This document shows positions 46,712-57,098 of a stretch of 64,000 nucleotides of DNA, piece by piece. Location of the stretch: IMG/VR virus record IMGVR_UViG_3300035698_006513; one strand, written 5' to 3'. Each line of letters starts with the position of its first letter. Position 1 is the stretch's first letter. Both the position numbers and the translations under genes were made by a program. This DNA is from a virus. The notes beneath the pieces are model-generated. The model had not been told where the DNA came from, ran no database searches, and saw only the letters and a list, made by a program, of their open reading frames with translations.

Positions 46712-49700
46712 TTGCCCTACGCCCGACATCTAGGTAACCTTTACCTAGATTACCGTCACCTCTAGATGGAGCATTTTTTAGTATTCTACGCCATACGGGA
46801 ACACCTGCTACTTTTGTTGTATCAACACCATCAGTGGGGTCGCGATACAACACGCCTTTCAGCATGATACTCGCCATAGTATCGCCTACAGGAATATCTT
46901 CATTGACCTTTGCCAACGTAGCTTCCTTCAAGCGCGTACCATAACTGTTAGCGTGGTCCAAGTCGTCAGGTGTAACTTCGTCCATAGGCTCGTTTTCTTG
47001 CTCGTGGTATCGATCATCTATTTCTTTATGTGCGCCAATAGCAGCACGCACTAGTATAGAGGATAGTTCCCCGTAATCTTTTCTGCCGACTACAACATCA
47101 CAAAGGTCCGACGCCACATCTTCAATACTGCTTGAAGGTTTATGTAAATCGTCTGGTACCCAGATACCTGCACCAACTAGGACTTCTTGTGCACCTGGAC
47201 CTACACCGAGACCCTCTGCCACACTACGCATTAGCTGCGTATGTACGCGGTCACTGTAGGCGAACTTACCAAAGTTCACAGGAGGTGGTGCTGCCATACT
47301 ACTCATATCGGCAGGCTTACTTCCTGAACCGGACATAATCCTCTGCATGACCAACGCACGCATAGAGGGGTCCATCTCGTCGAGAGAGTCAGCAACGTTA
47401 CCTGCAAAAGAGCGAGCCACCATCATACGATTTTGTACTGGTGCCATCGCAGCCATGTTCTCGATACCTTTTGCGGCTTGAGGAGACATGGCCTGCATAG
47501 CAGATACACGCTCTAGAAGACTAACTGCTTCTTTGGTCAACGCAGATGACGTTTTTTTTAAGTTATTATTGACAAACATCTCCATTTTAGCGTCTGACCT
47601 ACTAGCCGGACCTGAGTGTAAGCGATTCATCATATTCTCTGCTTCCCACGGCTTAGACGTACCAAAATTCTGCTCTAAGTACTTCCCTCCGGGATGTACT
47701 GTGTTTGCAGCAGTATCTGCTACCCTATTACCACCTCTCGACACAAGATTACCCACACGAGTACGTATGTTACTAAACATGCCTTCAGGTTTACCCTTCA
47801 CAGCCGAGCTTACTCTTTCAGTGACGTCTCCTATTTTAGAGCGCACCTTACCGGCGGCTTCATGTAACTTATCTGCGTAGGCATCACCCAAGCTATCTAC
47901 GTTGGGACGGGCTAACATCGCTATAGATCGGTTATTAACTCCTGTAGGAGGCTTAATTCCGAACTGTCTATACGGAAACTCACCTACTTCCTTATATCGT
48001 TCGTGGGCAACTCTCTCTAACTTTCTAGATGCTCTACTATTTTGTTGAACCGGCCTATGTCTAGTTCCACCAAACTGTGTAATAGCATCCTCTATATTAG
48101 GCTCTCCTGCAAAACTTGTATCCCCCATAAAAGTGCCACCTATACCGCGCTTCATCGCCTTACCCCCAAACCTAGCAGAGGACTCAATCTCTGCTAGTAT
48201 AGGGTCTACACCCATGTGAGATCCTACTCCTAGTGTGGATATACCTCCCAGTGTACCGCCGGATAATATGTCTTTACCTTGTCTCGCCGCGCGATTCATG
48301 GTGTTATATTCACCGAGCTCATGATTTAGTACGCCCGCTTTAAGACTAGGAGGATGGTTCCCCATAGTACCCATAGCTACGGTACGTGCTTCTGGTGCAC
48401 CTTGGTACGCGGGATTAGTACGAAGCATGAGTTTATGCACCAAGTCATCAGCCACAGGTTTAACTATATTGGGTACAGACTGTGTTGCAGAGTTGACAAA
48501 ATCAGGACGAGAAAACTGGGTCATTGACCTCGACAAATCCTGATTTGCCTGGACCACATTTGGAGCATTTTCATAAGATTTAACTAGTCTCTCTGCTTGC
48601 GCTTCTTGCGCAGCAGTGCTAGGTGCACTGCTTATTAAACTACCTCCCCTAGAAACCTCTTTGGCCTTACGTAATGCTACTATCTCACTAGGTAGTCTAG
48701 TTGATGCTTCCAAACCGCGAGCACCCTTACCCGAAACACCTAAAGATCCTTTAACCAATGTCTCCAATTCATGTATGGGGGTGGACATAGATTCAGCAAG
48801 TCGCAATTTAGAGGCGTTACCTAGGTTCTTCCAGTTAAGCATCCAAGAAGGTATAGCGGACTTCTCTAATGTATCTTCGTGTAACTGCTTCATCTTGGAC
48901 CAGAACGGTGATGCTGACTTACTCATGTCTTTTCTCCTGCGTACAACTTTACGTAAATCGGTGTTCAATCTATCTTTCTCTATGGCCACAGAGTCAATCC
49001 AACTATCTATGCCCTTCTCACTAGTACCGAATAACCGTTGTGTAAGAGTAGGCAGTGGATTAGAGAAGTACCTCTTTACTTCCAACTTACGGTCTTCAGG
49101 TTTTCTATGCGCCTGCCCACCCATACGTCTTCCTCGAGCTATTGCTTGCTCGTTACGTTCTGGGTTGTAGTGCCTGTCCACCTGAAAAAATGCAGTCGCA
49201 TTGTTTAGGGATATACCTTCGCCTGCGGCTGGAGTTAAGATTATAACTTTTTTCTTACCTTTATTAAAGTCAGCAACTGCTTTACTACGCGTTTCCTTTG
49301 TTACAGTACCACCAAGTGCGCCGCCTCCAGCAAAAATACCAGGAGTTATTCCTCTGTTCTTGAATCCCGCCTGCAATACATCCGCACCACCCTGCACGAG
49401 ATTAGAGTACACAACGGCTTGCCCATCTGGGGTACGCTTTAGATGTGCCTCAACATCATCCATGACTCGTCTGATCTTAGGAGTTTCTTCTGAGGACTGC
49501 TCCAACGTCATGTCTTTTTTGTGTGTAGATATGGAGTTGGAGACTTGTCGTGCTTTTGTGATGGCTGCAAATATATGTTGTGCTTCGGATTGATTCGTAG
49601 GTAGACCTAGGCGTATGGCTCTACGCTGTTTACGGGACAATTTACCTAACGTATACTTGTACAACCTGGTCTGTTCCGGTGACATCTCCACGTGTATGTC

Positions 49701-50444
49701 TTCTTTGTGTATAGCAGGCATGTCATTTACTAGGTCTTCGTGTCCTAAGAAGTGAAGGTACTTAGACAACTCTGGTGCGAGTACTTTTTTCTTCTGTAAC
49801 TCAGTCCTAGTCCTGGGGCCTTTTAGAAATCCACCCTTGATCTGCTCTTGTTTGGTATATGTTTTTTTGAATCCACGCTCAGACCCCATACTGTGTTCGG
49901 GACTTATAGCATCTAGTAGCGGTACAACTTCTTTTGGGTGGTTAGATACGAAAGAGCCTGTCATACCAATAAAGTTTTTCACGTCCATAGTGACTTCGCG
50001 CAAGGCTTTATTGGTTACTGATTGTTTGTTCTTGGCTCTGTGTATCTCGTCTACAATGATTGTATCTGCTTTTGCGTCTTGCAGAGCCTTATGTGGATCT
50101 CTGCGAAACTTAGATAGGGACATGATTTGATAATCAGACTTCCCATCCGCGCCCATAGACACAGAGCTGTTAGTAAATTTCTTCACGCCTTCTTGCTCAA
50201 AGTTCTCTTGTAAAGACGCGGGGGTAATTACTAATGCTCTCTCTGCTTTGTTATCTTCCCTCAAAGTCTCGAATGCAGCTATACCTGATAAGGTTTTACC
50301 TGAACCGGTTCCATGTGCGAGTAAACCACGGCCATCATTCTCTTGGATGAATTGTATTGCCTCTTCTTGGTGAGGACGTAGTTTAACAAATGGTTTGAGT
50401 GCGGATACTTTCGCAAAACAGGGGGTAGCTAACTTACTAAACAT
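46698..50444 (-). CDS. SNF2/SF2 helicase fused to long C-terminal modules
   Basis: LRPHQ, AHGTGSGKT, IIVDEIH, GMTGS, GEGISL and NPERNEQAIARGRR motifs; ATG 50444 follows AGAGGT. Confidence 0.85.
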   Translation of the reverse strand: MFSKLATPCFAKVSALKPFVKLRPHQEEAIQFIQENDGRGLLAHGTGSGKTLSGIAAFETLREDNKAERALVITPASLQENFEQEGVKKFTNSSVSMGADGKSDYQIMSLSKFRRDPHKALQDAKADTIIVDEIHRAKNKQSVTNKALREVTMDVKNFIGMTGSFVSNHPKEVVPLLDAISPEHSMGSERGFKKTYTKQEQIKGGFLKGPRTRTELQKKKVLAPELSKYLHFLGHEDLVNDMPAIHKEDIHVEMSPEQTRLYKYTLGKLSRKQRRAIRLGLPTNQSEAQHIFAAITKARQVSNSISTHKKDMTLEQSSEETPKIRRVMDDVEAHLKRTPDGQAVVYSNLVQGGADVLQAGFKNRGITPGIFAGGGALGGTVTKETRSKAVADFNKGKKKVIILTPAAGEGISLNNATAFFQVDRHYNPERNEQAIARGRRMGGQAHRKPEDRKLEVKRYFSNPLPTLTQRLFGTSEKGIDSWIDSVAIEKDRLNTDLRKVVRRRKDMSKSASPFWSKMKQLHEDTLEKSAIPSWMLNWKNLGNASKLRLAESMSTPIHELETLVKGSLGVSGKGARGLEASTRLPSEIVALRKAKEVSRGGSLISSAPSTAAQEAQAERLVKSYENAPNVVQANQDLSRSMTQFSRPDFVNSATQSVPNIVKPVADDLVHKLMLRTNPAYQGAPEARTVAMGTMGNHPPSLKAGVLNHELGEYNTMNRAARQGKDILSGGTLGGISTLGVGSHMGVDPILAEIESSARFGGKAMKRGIGGTFMGDTSFAGEPNIEDAITQFGGTRHRPVQQNSRASRKLERVAHERYKEVGEFPYRQFGIKPPTGVNNRSIAMLARPNVDSLGDAYADKLHEAAGKVRSKIGDVTERVSSAVKGKPEGMFSNIRTRVGNLVSRGGNRVADTAANTVHPGGKYLEQNFGTSKPWEAENMMNRLHSGPASRSDAKMEMFVNNNLKKTSSALTKEAVSLLERVSAMQAMSPQAAKGIENMAAMAPVQNRMMVARSFAGNVADSLDEMDPSMRALVMQRIMSGSGSKPADMSSMAAPPPVNFGKFAYSDRVHTQLMRSVAEGLGVGPGAQEVLVGAGIWVPDDLHKPSSSIEDVASDLCDVVVGRKDYGELSSILVRAAIGAHKEIDDRYHEQENEPMDEVTPDDLDHANSYGTRLKEATLAKVNEDIPVGDTMASIMLKGVLYRDPTDGVDTTKVAGVPVWRRILKNAPSRGDGNLGKGYLDVGRRAISGI

Positions 50445-50454
50445 GAGTACACCT

Positions 50455-53130
50455 CTACAAATCGTAGCAACCATCGTCCGCACGAACACTAGCAGTTTTT
50501 TCTGGAATTTCGTACACGTATAAGTCACGCATGATGTTGTCTTGTTGGTCTAAGTCCTGTCTACGCCAACGCATACTCAGATTGATATTTTTTGCAAAAC
50601 CTTTAGATGCGTGTTTGCTCTCTACCGTATGGTTATTCTCACATGTAAAGGACTCGCCTGTCTGTGCCTGCGACAAACCCCCACAAATAGGGCAGTTTAG
50701 CTTTGTCCCTGCTGTAGGTTCATCCACAGAAAAACCCATATCCCTCATTCTATCACGAGTCTTTTTTTGACGGGTATTCCAAACAACCATACGGGGGTCG
50801 TCTTCAGGAATATCTGCCCACTCTTCGCCTGCTCTTCTTTCTTGTTTATCTTGCCAAGCTACATCATAACCACAGTCATCACAATGTGTATGGTATCGAG
50901 GACCATCATGTAAGATACCTTGGCAATCGGGGCAATGTGCAATTACGTCATACTCAGACTCTTTAGATATAGAAGCAACCTTACCTAAACCCACAATAAC
51001 CTCTGTATCGTCAGACTTAGCCAAGTCACCAGGACGTACTGCATTACGGGACTTGCCTTTACGAAAGTCCATATCATGATAGGCATGTGCGATAATACCG
51101 GAACAATGTAACACAGTAAATGCATCGTCTTTATCGGAACGTTTCTGAGGGATAAATGCTCCAACGACATTGGACATCCAAGATGGGTAGTCTACACCTA
51201 TCAGATCCTTAACACGGGAAATTGCTTTGCTCTTTTCTTTATCCGAAACTTTAGGTCTGAGTAGTAATGCGTCTCTGTCCGCTAATACAGACTCTACTGT
51301 AGATTTTCTGGCGGCAGCTTCACCGCTGTCCCCTCTTCTAGGTATTTTGAATGGTGTACCATGTACAACATCACCCTTACCGACGCACATACTTGTGTGC
51401 GTCCAAGGGGAGTTAGTACCTATTTGTATACCTATGTTAGTGAGCCGTTTGTGTATTGGGTATACTTCCTCTTTGGGTTTGGTAACGATGATGTCACCGT
51501 CGCGGATTGACTTAATAAACTCTTTCTCGCTAGAAGCGGCCTCTGCTCCCATGAGATGTCGGGGCTTCAGTTCTGCGACTTTATCTAGCCAGTGAGGTAT
51601 ACCTGACACAACGTCATCAGACACAGAATCCCAGTCGCCATTGAAAGGCACAGCTCTATCATCTATATAATGATGTGCGATAACTTTTCCAGATGCACCT
51701 TCAGGTTGGTCGGGGTTCTCGTTAATGAAATCGTACGGAATATCGTACTTGGCCATGAACTCTTCCACGGGACCCTTGTCGCCACGTACTGTAAATACAA
51801 TTACGCGGTACCCCGCGTCCTTGAACTTAAGCATCGCATCACGTGCACCATTAACAGGTTCTCCTGTAGGAAGACTCAAAGTGCTATCGAAGTCTACGGC
51901 GATAGTCTTCTGTGCCTCAGACACTTTAACCTCACCCAGTAACTGCTGTGCATCTTCCATCTCTTCTGGGTCCAGGTCGGACAGACTGTCTACCCCTAAG
52001 TTTTCCTGCACAAACTCACGGGCACGCATAGGGTCAGAGAGAAGACCTTTATCGTACAGCTGCTCCTCAAATTCTTCTGCATCTGCAGACTTAGTGAGTG
52101 CTTCCCACGCAATGTCTAACTGGGAAGCAGTCTTCTCAGACACTACCTTACCTAGACCACTACCAGCCGCCGCCCCTACAGCAGCAACTGCGGGAGCGAG
52201 TAAGAAACCCATACCATCTCCAGTAGACGCGGCAAGTGCTCCTGTGCCAGCAGTGGCACCCAGAGCAGCACCTATCATTTCCTGTGGGGTGAGTTCTGTG
52301 TCGTACGTACTGTTGTAAAGCTTCTGTCCAAGTAACGCACCGCCAGCCCCACCAACTAATGCTCCACCAATAGCTCCGGCAGCATTAGCTGCACGACCTA
52401 GACGAAGTTTATGTGCCAACATAGCCAGTCCATAAGATCCTGCGAATGCGCCACCCATACCACCTACGCCAGCACCAACTGCGTTAGCAGCTGCGTCGGA
52501 TGCGAGTTTGACCGCTTTCTTTCCCCTACGTTCCAACTTCTTCTGCAGATCATAGATAGTCATTGGAGTGTCAGATAAGTAAAACTCGCGCCAGTTGTTG
52601 TAATGCTGGGTGAATATCTTAAACGCTTCGTCGCGACTCTTGCACCCGAGAATAACTTTGTCTTCGTCGTGCGTGCTTTTTGTGCCCTTCTTTTTAAGAT
52701 GCACGACTAATACAAAATCTGAACTCTTATCTGGTCCAATAAAGCAGTCAACAGGATCCCCATCGGTACCCACTGTACCTAAGATTTCTCCGTACGGGTG
52801 CTTCATCTCAGTTTCCCAGGACTTACCATCAGGGTCAACGCCTCTGCGTTTAGAACCTCTGCGGTTTTCTATAGCAATGCGTAAGTCTTTGACTTTAGTC
52901 ATGTAATGGACGGGGTACGATTCTCTGCCCTTCGCTTCCTTCACTACCTCCGGCGCAGGAGCAGGGTAAGCAGTATCTGGTACGGAAGATGTATCAGGAT
53001 GTAACTCAGAGTAGACGTGAAGCCGCTGCAGTATTTCAGGACCCCTAGTAGGGTCTTGTAGGTAAGCACCTGTACCTCTAACACCACGTCTAATTAACCT
53101 AGAAATAAGTCGCTGTGCTTCACTATCCAT
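50455..53130 (-). CDS. polyvalent protein: InPase + Gly-zipper + HAD phosphatase + permuted NlpC/P60 + Zn ribbons
   Basis: IENRRGSKR...YGEILGTVGTDGDPVDCFIG; IAVDFDSTL...FTVR...YIDDRA; GDIIV...WTHTSM...HCSGIIAHAY; CPDC/CDDC/CPIC. Confidence 0.8.
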   Translation of the reverse strand: MDSEAQRLISRLIRRGVRGTGAYLQDPTRGPEILQRLHVYSELHPDTSSVPDTAYPAPAPEVVKEAKGRESYPVHYMTKVKDLRIAIENRRGSKRRGVDPDGKSWETEMKHPYGEILGTVGTDGDPVDCFIGPDKSSDFVLVVHLKKKGTKSTHDEDKVILGCKSRDEAFKIFTQHYNNWREFYLSDTPMTIYDLQKKLERRGKKAVKLASDAAANAVGAGVGGMGGAFAGSYGLAMLAHKLRLGRAANAAGAIGGALVGGAGGALLGQKLYNSTYDTELTPQEMIGAALGATAGTGALAASTGDGMGFLLAPAVAAVGAAAGSGLGKVVSEKTASQLDIAWEALTKSADAEEFEEQLYDKGLLSDPMRAREFVQENLGVDSLSDLDPEEMEDAQQLLGEVKVSEAQKTIAVDFDSTLSLPTGEPVNGARDAMLKFKDAGYRVIVFTVRGDKGPVEEFMAKYDIPYDFINENPDQPEGASGKVIAHHYIDDRAVPFNGDWDSVSDDVVSGIPHWLDKVAELKPRHLMGAEAASSEKEFIKSIRDGDIIVTKPKEEVYPIHKRLTNIGIQIGTNSPWTHTSMCVGKGDVVHGTPFKIPRRGDSGEAAARKSTVESVLADRDALLLRPKVSDKEKSKAISRVKDLIGVDYPSWMSNVVGAFIPQKRSDKDDAFTVLHCSGIIAHAYHDMDFRKGKSRNAVRPGDLAKSDDTEVIVGLGKVASISKESEYDVIAHCPDCQGILHDGPRYHTHCDDCGYDVAWQDKQERRAGEEWADIPEDDPRMVVWNTRQKKTRDRMRDMGFSVDEPTAGTKLNCPICGGLSQAQTGESFTCENNHTVESKHASKGFAKNINLSMRWRRQDLDQQDNIMRDLYVYEIPEKTASVRADDGCYDL

Positions 53131-53143
53131 AATAAGTACTCTC

Positions 53144-55726
53144 TTATGCTAAGGCGGCGATTTGCTCTTGTGTTCCAGAGCTACCTAAATCCTGAAGCGT
53201 CTGAATCAATTCTTTGGCATTAGAACTAGGGGCTTCGCTTTTATGCGAAATCAAGTTGGACACGAGGGGGGATTTTTGGGCGGATTGTTCTGCACCCTTT
53301 GCTATTACTTCAGCGGCATGATTAGGTCCGTATTTATTATACAAACCGCCTGCAAGTAATCCGCCAGCACCCATGATGGGAAACTTGTATTTATCCCAAA
53401 AAGATTGGTCCTCTGCTATCTTGGGCTCGGCCACAGGTATGGGAGTTTCGACAGGAGCATCTTTCATCTGCTCAAATTCACGTAAGGCGAGCTGCTTCTC
53501 TAGTGGCAGAGTTGCTCTACCAATAGCACCGCCGCCTAAGTAACCAGCAGCAGCACCTATAATTGGCGCTATCACTCCGGGGTGGACAGCTTTACCTGCA
53601 GCACCACCGGCTACCATACCACCAACACCAGAATAGTAAGGACGTAAAGTTTGCTCCAGTGTAAGGGATTCCGGAGCTATAGCTGCTAAGTCAACTTCTG
53701 CAGTTTTTCTAAGCACAGACTTAATGTGTCTCATGGCAGACTCTTCTGATGCACCATGTAGATTAAGCGCTGCTGGGGACATCTTGTCTAAATCATGTGT
53801 AGATAGATGCGTGGATAAAACTTTCCATCCTGCGCGTACATCATCAGACTGGGTACCAAATGCTTTGATCGCCTCATTCGGGTGCACATTAAGTGCTCGA
53901 CTTGCAATCGTCTGTAGTTTCTCGCCGCCGTTACGGAACCCATTCCACATTTTATTGCCCATGACACCTGCAGCAAAACCGCCACCTGCTAGTAATGCAG
54001 GCTTAATCCAAGGCTTGATCTTATCCATAACAGATGGTTTTGTATCACCTTCTTGTGGAGGTGATTCTGGGCTTGCGGGAGGTGACACAAGATTCTCAGC
54101 ACCTTGTGCAAACTCACCATAATGTGGGCGCGTTAGTGTGCGGTAATCGGGAGCTGCGGTTTTTTTGTTGGCGTAAGCAGAGTCCATAAGTGCCTTTGAC
54201 AGATTAGCTCCTTGTATAGAGCCAACACCTGTACCAAGACCTGCACCTACTGCTGACCCCAAAGCGCCACCTACACCTGCAGCCATTTCAGACTTAAGGA
54301 GTGCTCCAGGGAGAGCCCCGATGAGAAACCCGCCAGGTGTGCCGACTGTATTACCCACAACAGAACCGGCTAAACTGCCAGCACCGCCAGCAATACCACG
54401 CAGGACTTGTTCCGATACCGCGTCGGATTTAGATTCTCCTACACCGCGGGCTACACCATATGCAGTGGCAAGTGTAGGTACGACATAATTGAGCAGTGAC
54501 GCTGTTTTTTCTGGGACCTCTTCGGGTAACTCTTCAGGCACAACATCCACTTCTTTTGGCTCTTCTTCTGCGTACGCTTTATCCATCAGATTTTTAGCTA
54601 CGCCCGTCAATGACCGTGCTCCAATGACACCGCCTATACCAGTACCCAAACCCCCACTGATATCCATAGCCATGCCTACAGGCACTTCAGGTACGTTACT
54701 TGAGAGTAAGCCTCCGCCTACCACACCACCCAATGCACCAATAGTACCACCTAGAGCAGATCCAGCTGCACCGGAAACTCCGCCTGCTAAACTTCGCAGT
54801 AGGGCTTCGGGGATATTACCGGACTCCGCCTCGGACAACCCTCTTGCTGCTCCGTACACTCCACCCACAATAGGTACAGCATATTCTAACAGCGCTTCTT
54901 TAACTGCAGCAGTTTTCTCCACAGATCCAGGTGCCTTTATTGGGGAACCTAGAGAACCAGATGCCATACTAGCGGTACCATAACCTACTGCAGCATTAGC
55001 AAGAGTGTTGAGTGCCGCCGTAAGATGCGGGTGACCTTTTTGTATCTTGTCCATCTTCAGTGAGATCTCTGACGTAAACAATCTGGCCTTATCAATGACG
55101 TTGAAATCACCGCCGTCCTTACGACCCTTAAGGTCTTGGACTTGCGCCTCAATCATCTCTGTACGCGCTTTATCTTTGGATGCGTTATAGCTGTTCAGAG
55201 CACCCAAGCCGCCAGAAGCTGCTGCTACTGTGGTGTTGAATAATGTAGGCTTGAACACCTGCATAATAGATGCAGACTTCTCTTCTCCTGTCAGCACAGG
55301 CCCGTTAGGTCTCTTCAGGGCAAGAGCGCCTACACTTCCTGCTACTCCACCTATACCTGTAGCTAAAGCTCGTGATGTTGCTGTATGGTCTCGCATCATA
55401 CCTGGGGTATCCCCTGCGATTATCATTCTGTCACCACCACTATGAAGAAAGTAAGGACCCTTACTGTGAGTAACGTCTGGGTAATCTTTTCTCAGCGTGT
55501 TTAAAGCACTTTCTATGGAGGACTTAGGTATATCGAGTGCTAGATTATGATCTATCGCTCTATTGATAAACGTCTTTCGGAGCATTCCAGCAGATAAACC
55601 GCCTACACCTGCTCCGATACCTGCACCCACTAAAGGGTTACTATCAGTGATACTTGCACCAATAGCGCCGATACCTGCACCTAGCCCACCACTGATGAGT
55701 ATATCCTTCAATCGATCGCTGTTCAT
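53144..55726 (-). CDS. large glycine-zipper multi-module membrane/virion protein
   Basis: More than 10 GxxxG-rich hydrophobic helices in modules separated by KxA motifs; start by TAATG overlap. Confidence 0.75.
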   Translation of the reverse strand: MNSDRLKDILISGGLGAGIGAIGASITDSNPLVGAGIGAGVGGLSAGMLRKTFINRAIDHNLALDIPKSSIESALNTLRKDYPDVTHSKGPYFLHSGGDRMIIAGDTPGMMRDHTATSRALATGIGGVAGSVGALALKRPNGPVLTGEEKSASIMQVFKPTLFNTTVAAASGGLGALNSYNASKDKARTEMIEAQVQDLKGRKDGGDFNVIDKARLFTSEISLKMDKIQKGHPHLTAALNTLANAAVGYGTASMASGSLGSPIKAPGSVEKTAAVKEALLEYAVPIVGGVYGAARGLSEAESGNIPEALLRSLAGGVSGAAGSALGGTIGALGGVVGGGLLSSNVPEVPVGMAMDISGGLGTGIGGVIGARSLTGVAKNLMDKAYAEEEPKEVDVVPEELPEEVPEKTASLLNYVVPTLATAYGVARGVGESKSDAVSEQVLRGIAGGAGSLAGSVVGNTVGTPGGFLIGALPGALLKSEMAAGVGGALGSAVGAGLGTGVGSIQGANLSKALMDSAYANKKTAAPDYRTLTRPHYGEFAQGAENLVSPPASPESPPQEGDTKPSVMDKIKPWIKPALLAGGGFAAGVMGNKMWNGFRNGGEKLQTIASRALNVHPNEAIKAFGTQSDDVRAGWKVLSTHLSTHDLDKMSPAALNLHGASEESAMRHIKSVLRKTAEVDLAAIAPESLTLEQTLRPYYSGVGGMVAGGAAGKAVHPGVIAPIIGAAAGYLGGGAIGRATLPLEKQLALREFEQMKDAPVETPIPVAEPKIAEDQSFWDKYKFPIMGAGGLLAGGLYNKYGPNHAAEVIAKGAEQSAQKSPLVSNLISHKSEAPSSNAKELIQTLQDLGSSGTQEQIAALA

Positions 55727-56205
55727 TATCCTAACCCCCAATACCCGTAAAGACCATTGATAAGTGCGTACTCAGAATGGAGAGTACTGCCGCCAAGTGC
55801 GCGTGCTAAGTTCTGAGAGATCTTCCACTCCTTGGCTGTCTCTTTGAAGTCAGCCTGTAACAGCTGTATCCAATTCATCAACTGGGGAATACGGTCACTC
55901 AAACCTATACCAGTACCTCTTCCTGTACGATAAGATATATGGTTACGTGTCATCAAGAGACCTACGGATTGGAGTAGGAAAATCACAGCGCCTGTACGCA
56001 AGATAGGAAGAGGTAAATCATCTACAGGTATAGGGGGGGACATCATCCGGACACGTTCCAACGTGTCAAATAAGGCCATAGCAATAAGTTTGTCGCTGTG
56101 CTCTTTACCCGCAACGAGGCGGTTGAGCTCCGGCTCATCGCGCATAAAGGAGCGCACATATTCTATGAGAAATCTAGCACGTTGAAGTTCTGTGTCCCGA
56201 CTCAT
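55726..56205 (-). CDS. head-tail adaptor/neck protein (putative)
   Basis: Helical 159-aa protein two genes after the capsid; VRSFMRDEPELNRL. Confidence 0.5.
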   Translation of the reverse strand: MSRDTELQRARFLIEYVRSFMRDEPELNRLVAGKEHSDKLIAMALFDTLERVRMMSPPIPVDDLPLPILRTGAVIFLLQSVGLLMTRNHISYRTGRGTGIGLSDRIPQLMNWIQLLQADFKETAKEWKISQNLARALGGSTLHSEYALINGLYGYWGLG

Positions 56206-56208
56206 GTC

Positions 56209-56985
56209 TTACTCCTCCTTGTCCAACATATGAGGAATGAGTTGCTCTTCTGGAATTGTAATTGGGCGTGCGCTATCTGCAGTAAAGACGTTCTTTTTCA
56301 GTGCATCTCTTACGCGCCGCTCTTTCCAATTCAAGAGTTCAGCAGCCTCTTTTACAGTCAGACTCTTTGCCTCATTGGTCAGTGTAGGCATATCTTTGGT
56401 TGAAGACTCTTCTTCTCTCATTCCGGTGGATGCTGCAGATACAATGAAGGCCAAGTCACCAAGGTCAACCTCGGTCTCTATGACTTCAGCGTCCTTAGCC
56501 TCATTGGGGTCATGTAGCATTAGTGCAGGAACACCGTCTTCGTCCACTTGCTCTGTTTGAATGGGCTCTATAGGAGGTGGTGTAGGTGGGCGTTTGTTTC
56601 GGATGAGCGCGGCTAGTTCACCTGGGTCAGCAATATATGATGTCTGGAACTTTGCTGCCCCCAATGTCTTAACATCACCATATATGATTTGGAGGCATTG
56701 GCTGATGGTGGTGTCTTTCCCTGAGAAGCGCATAACTATACGCCCCTCGTTTTCGAGGACACGCAAGTCATCTTTCAAGGTCTCCAGCTGACGACTGTTA
56801 ACATAGTGAGACCTTCCAGGTCTGATACTGATGCCACGAAGTCTAACCACACGTCCACGGAAAGTGCCTTGTATTTTAGCGAGTGTACTCTGCTCTCTAC
56901 AGCGGGAACTCTTCGTGTTACGAACTTCAAAATTATGGTTAACAAGCGCACGTTCCTGATTAGCTTGTATTTCTATTGTACTCAT
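56209..56985 (-). CDS. hypothetical protein with C-terminal HTH
   Basis: LTVKEAAELLNWKERRVRDALK; AAGGA RBS. Confidence 0.6.
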   Translation of the reverse strand: MSTIEIQANQERALVNHNFEVRNTKSSRCREQSTLAKIQGTFRGRVVRLRGISIRPGRSHYVNSRQLETLKDDLRVLENEGRIVMRFSGKDTTISQCLQIIYGDVKTLGAAKFQTSYIADPGELAALIRNKRPPTPPPIEPIQTEQVDEDGVPALMLHDPNEAKDAEVIETEVDLGDLAFIVSAASTGMREEESSTKDMPTLTNEAKSLTVKEAAELLNWKERRVRDALKKNVFTADSARPITIPEEQLIPHMLDKEE

Positions 56986-57098
56986 GTTTCCTTACCTCTT
57001 ACAAATAAGGGCATCCCAGTTTAACCAGGATGCCCTTCCTTGGAATACGAATATTCATCTCACACAATATCAAGGTGGGCTAGACCACCGAGTAGTGA

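Noticed and set aside
53144-55726. Tape measure protein
   Set aside because: It lies in the head/neck block, is modular with KxA linkers and Pro-rich spacers, and lacks a continuous helical repeat pattern. Not fully excluded.
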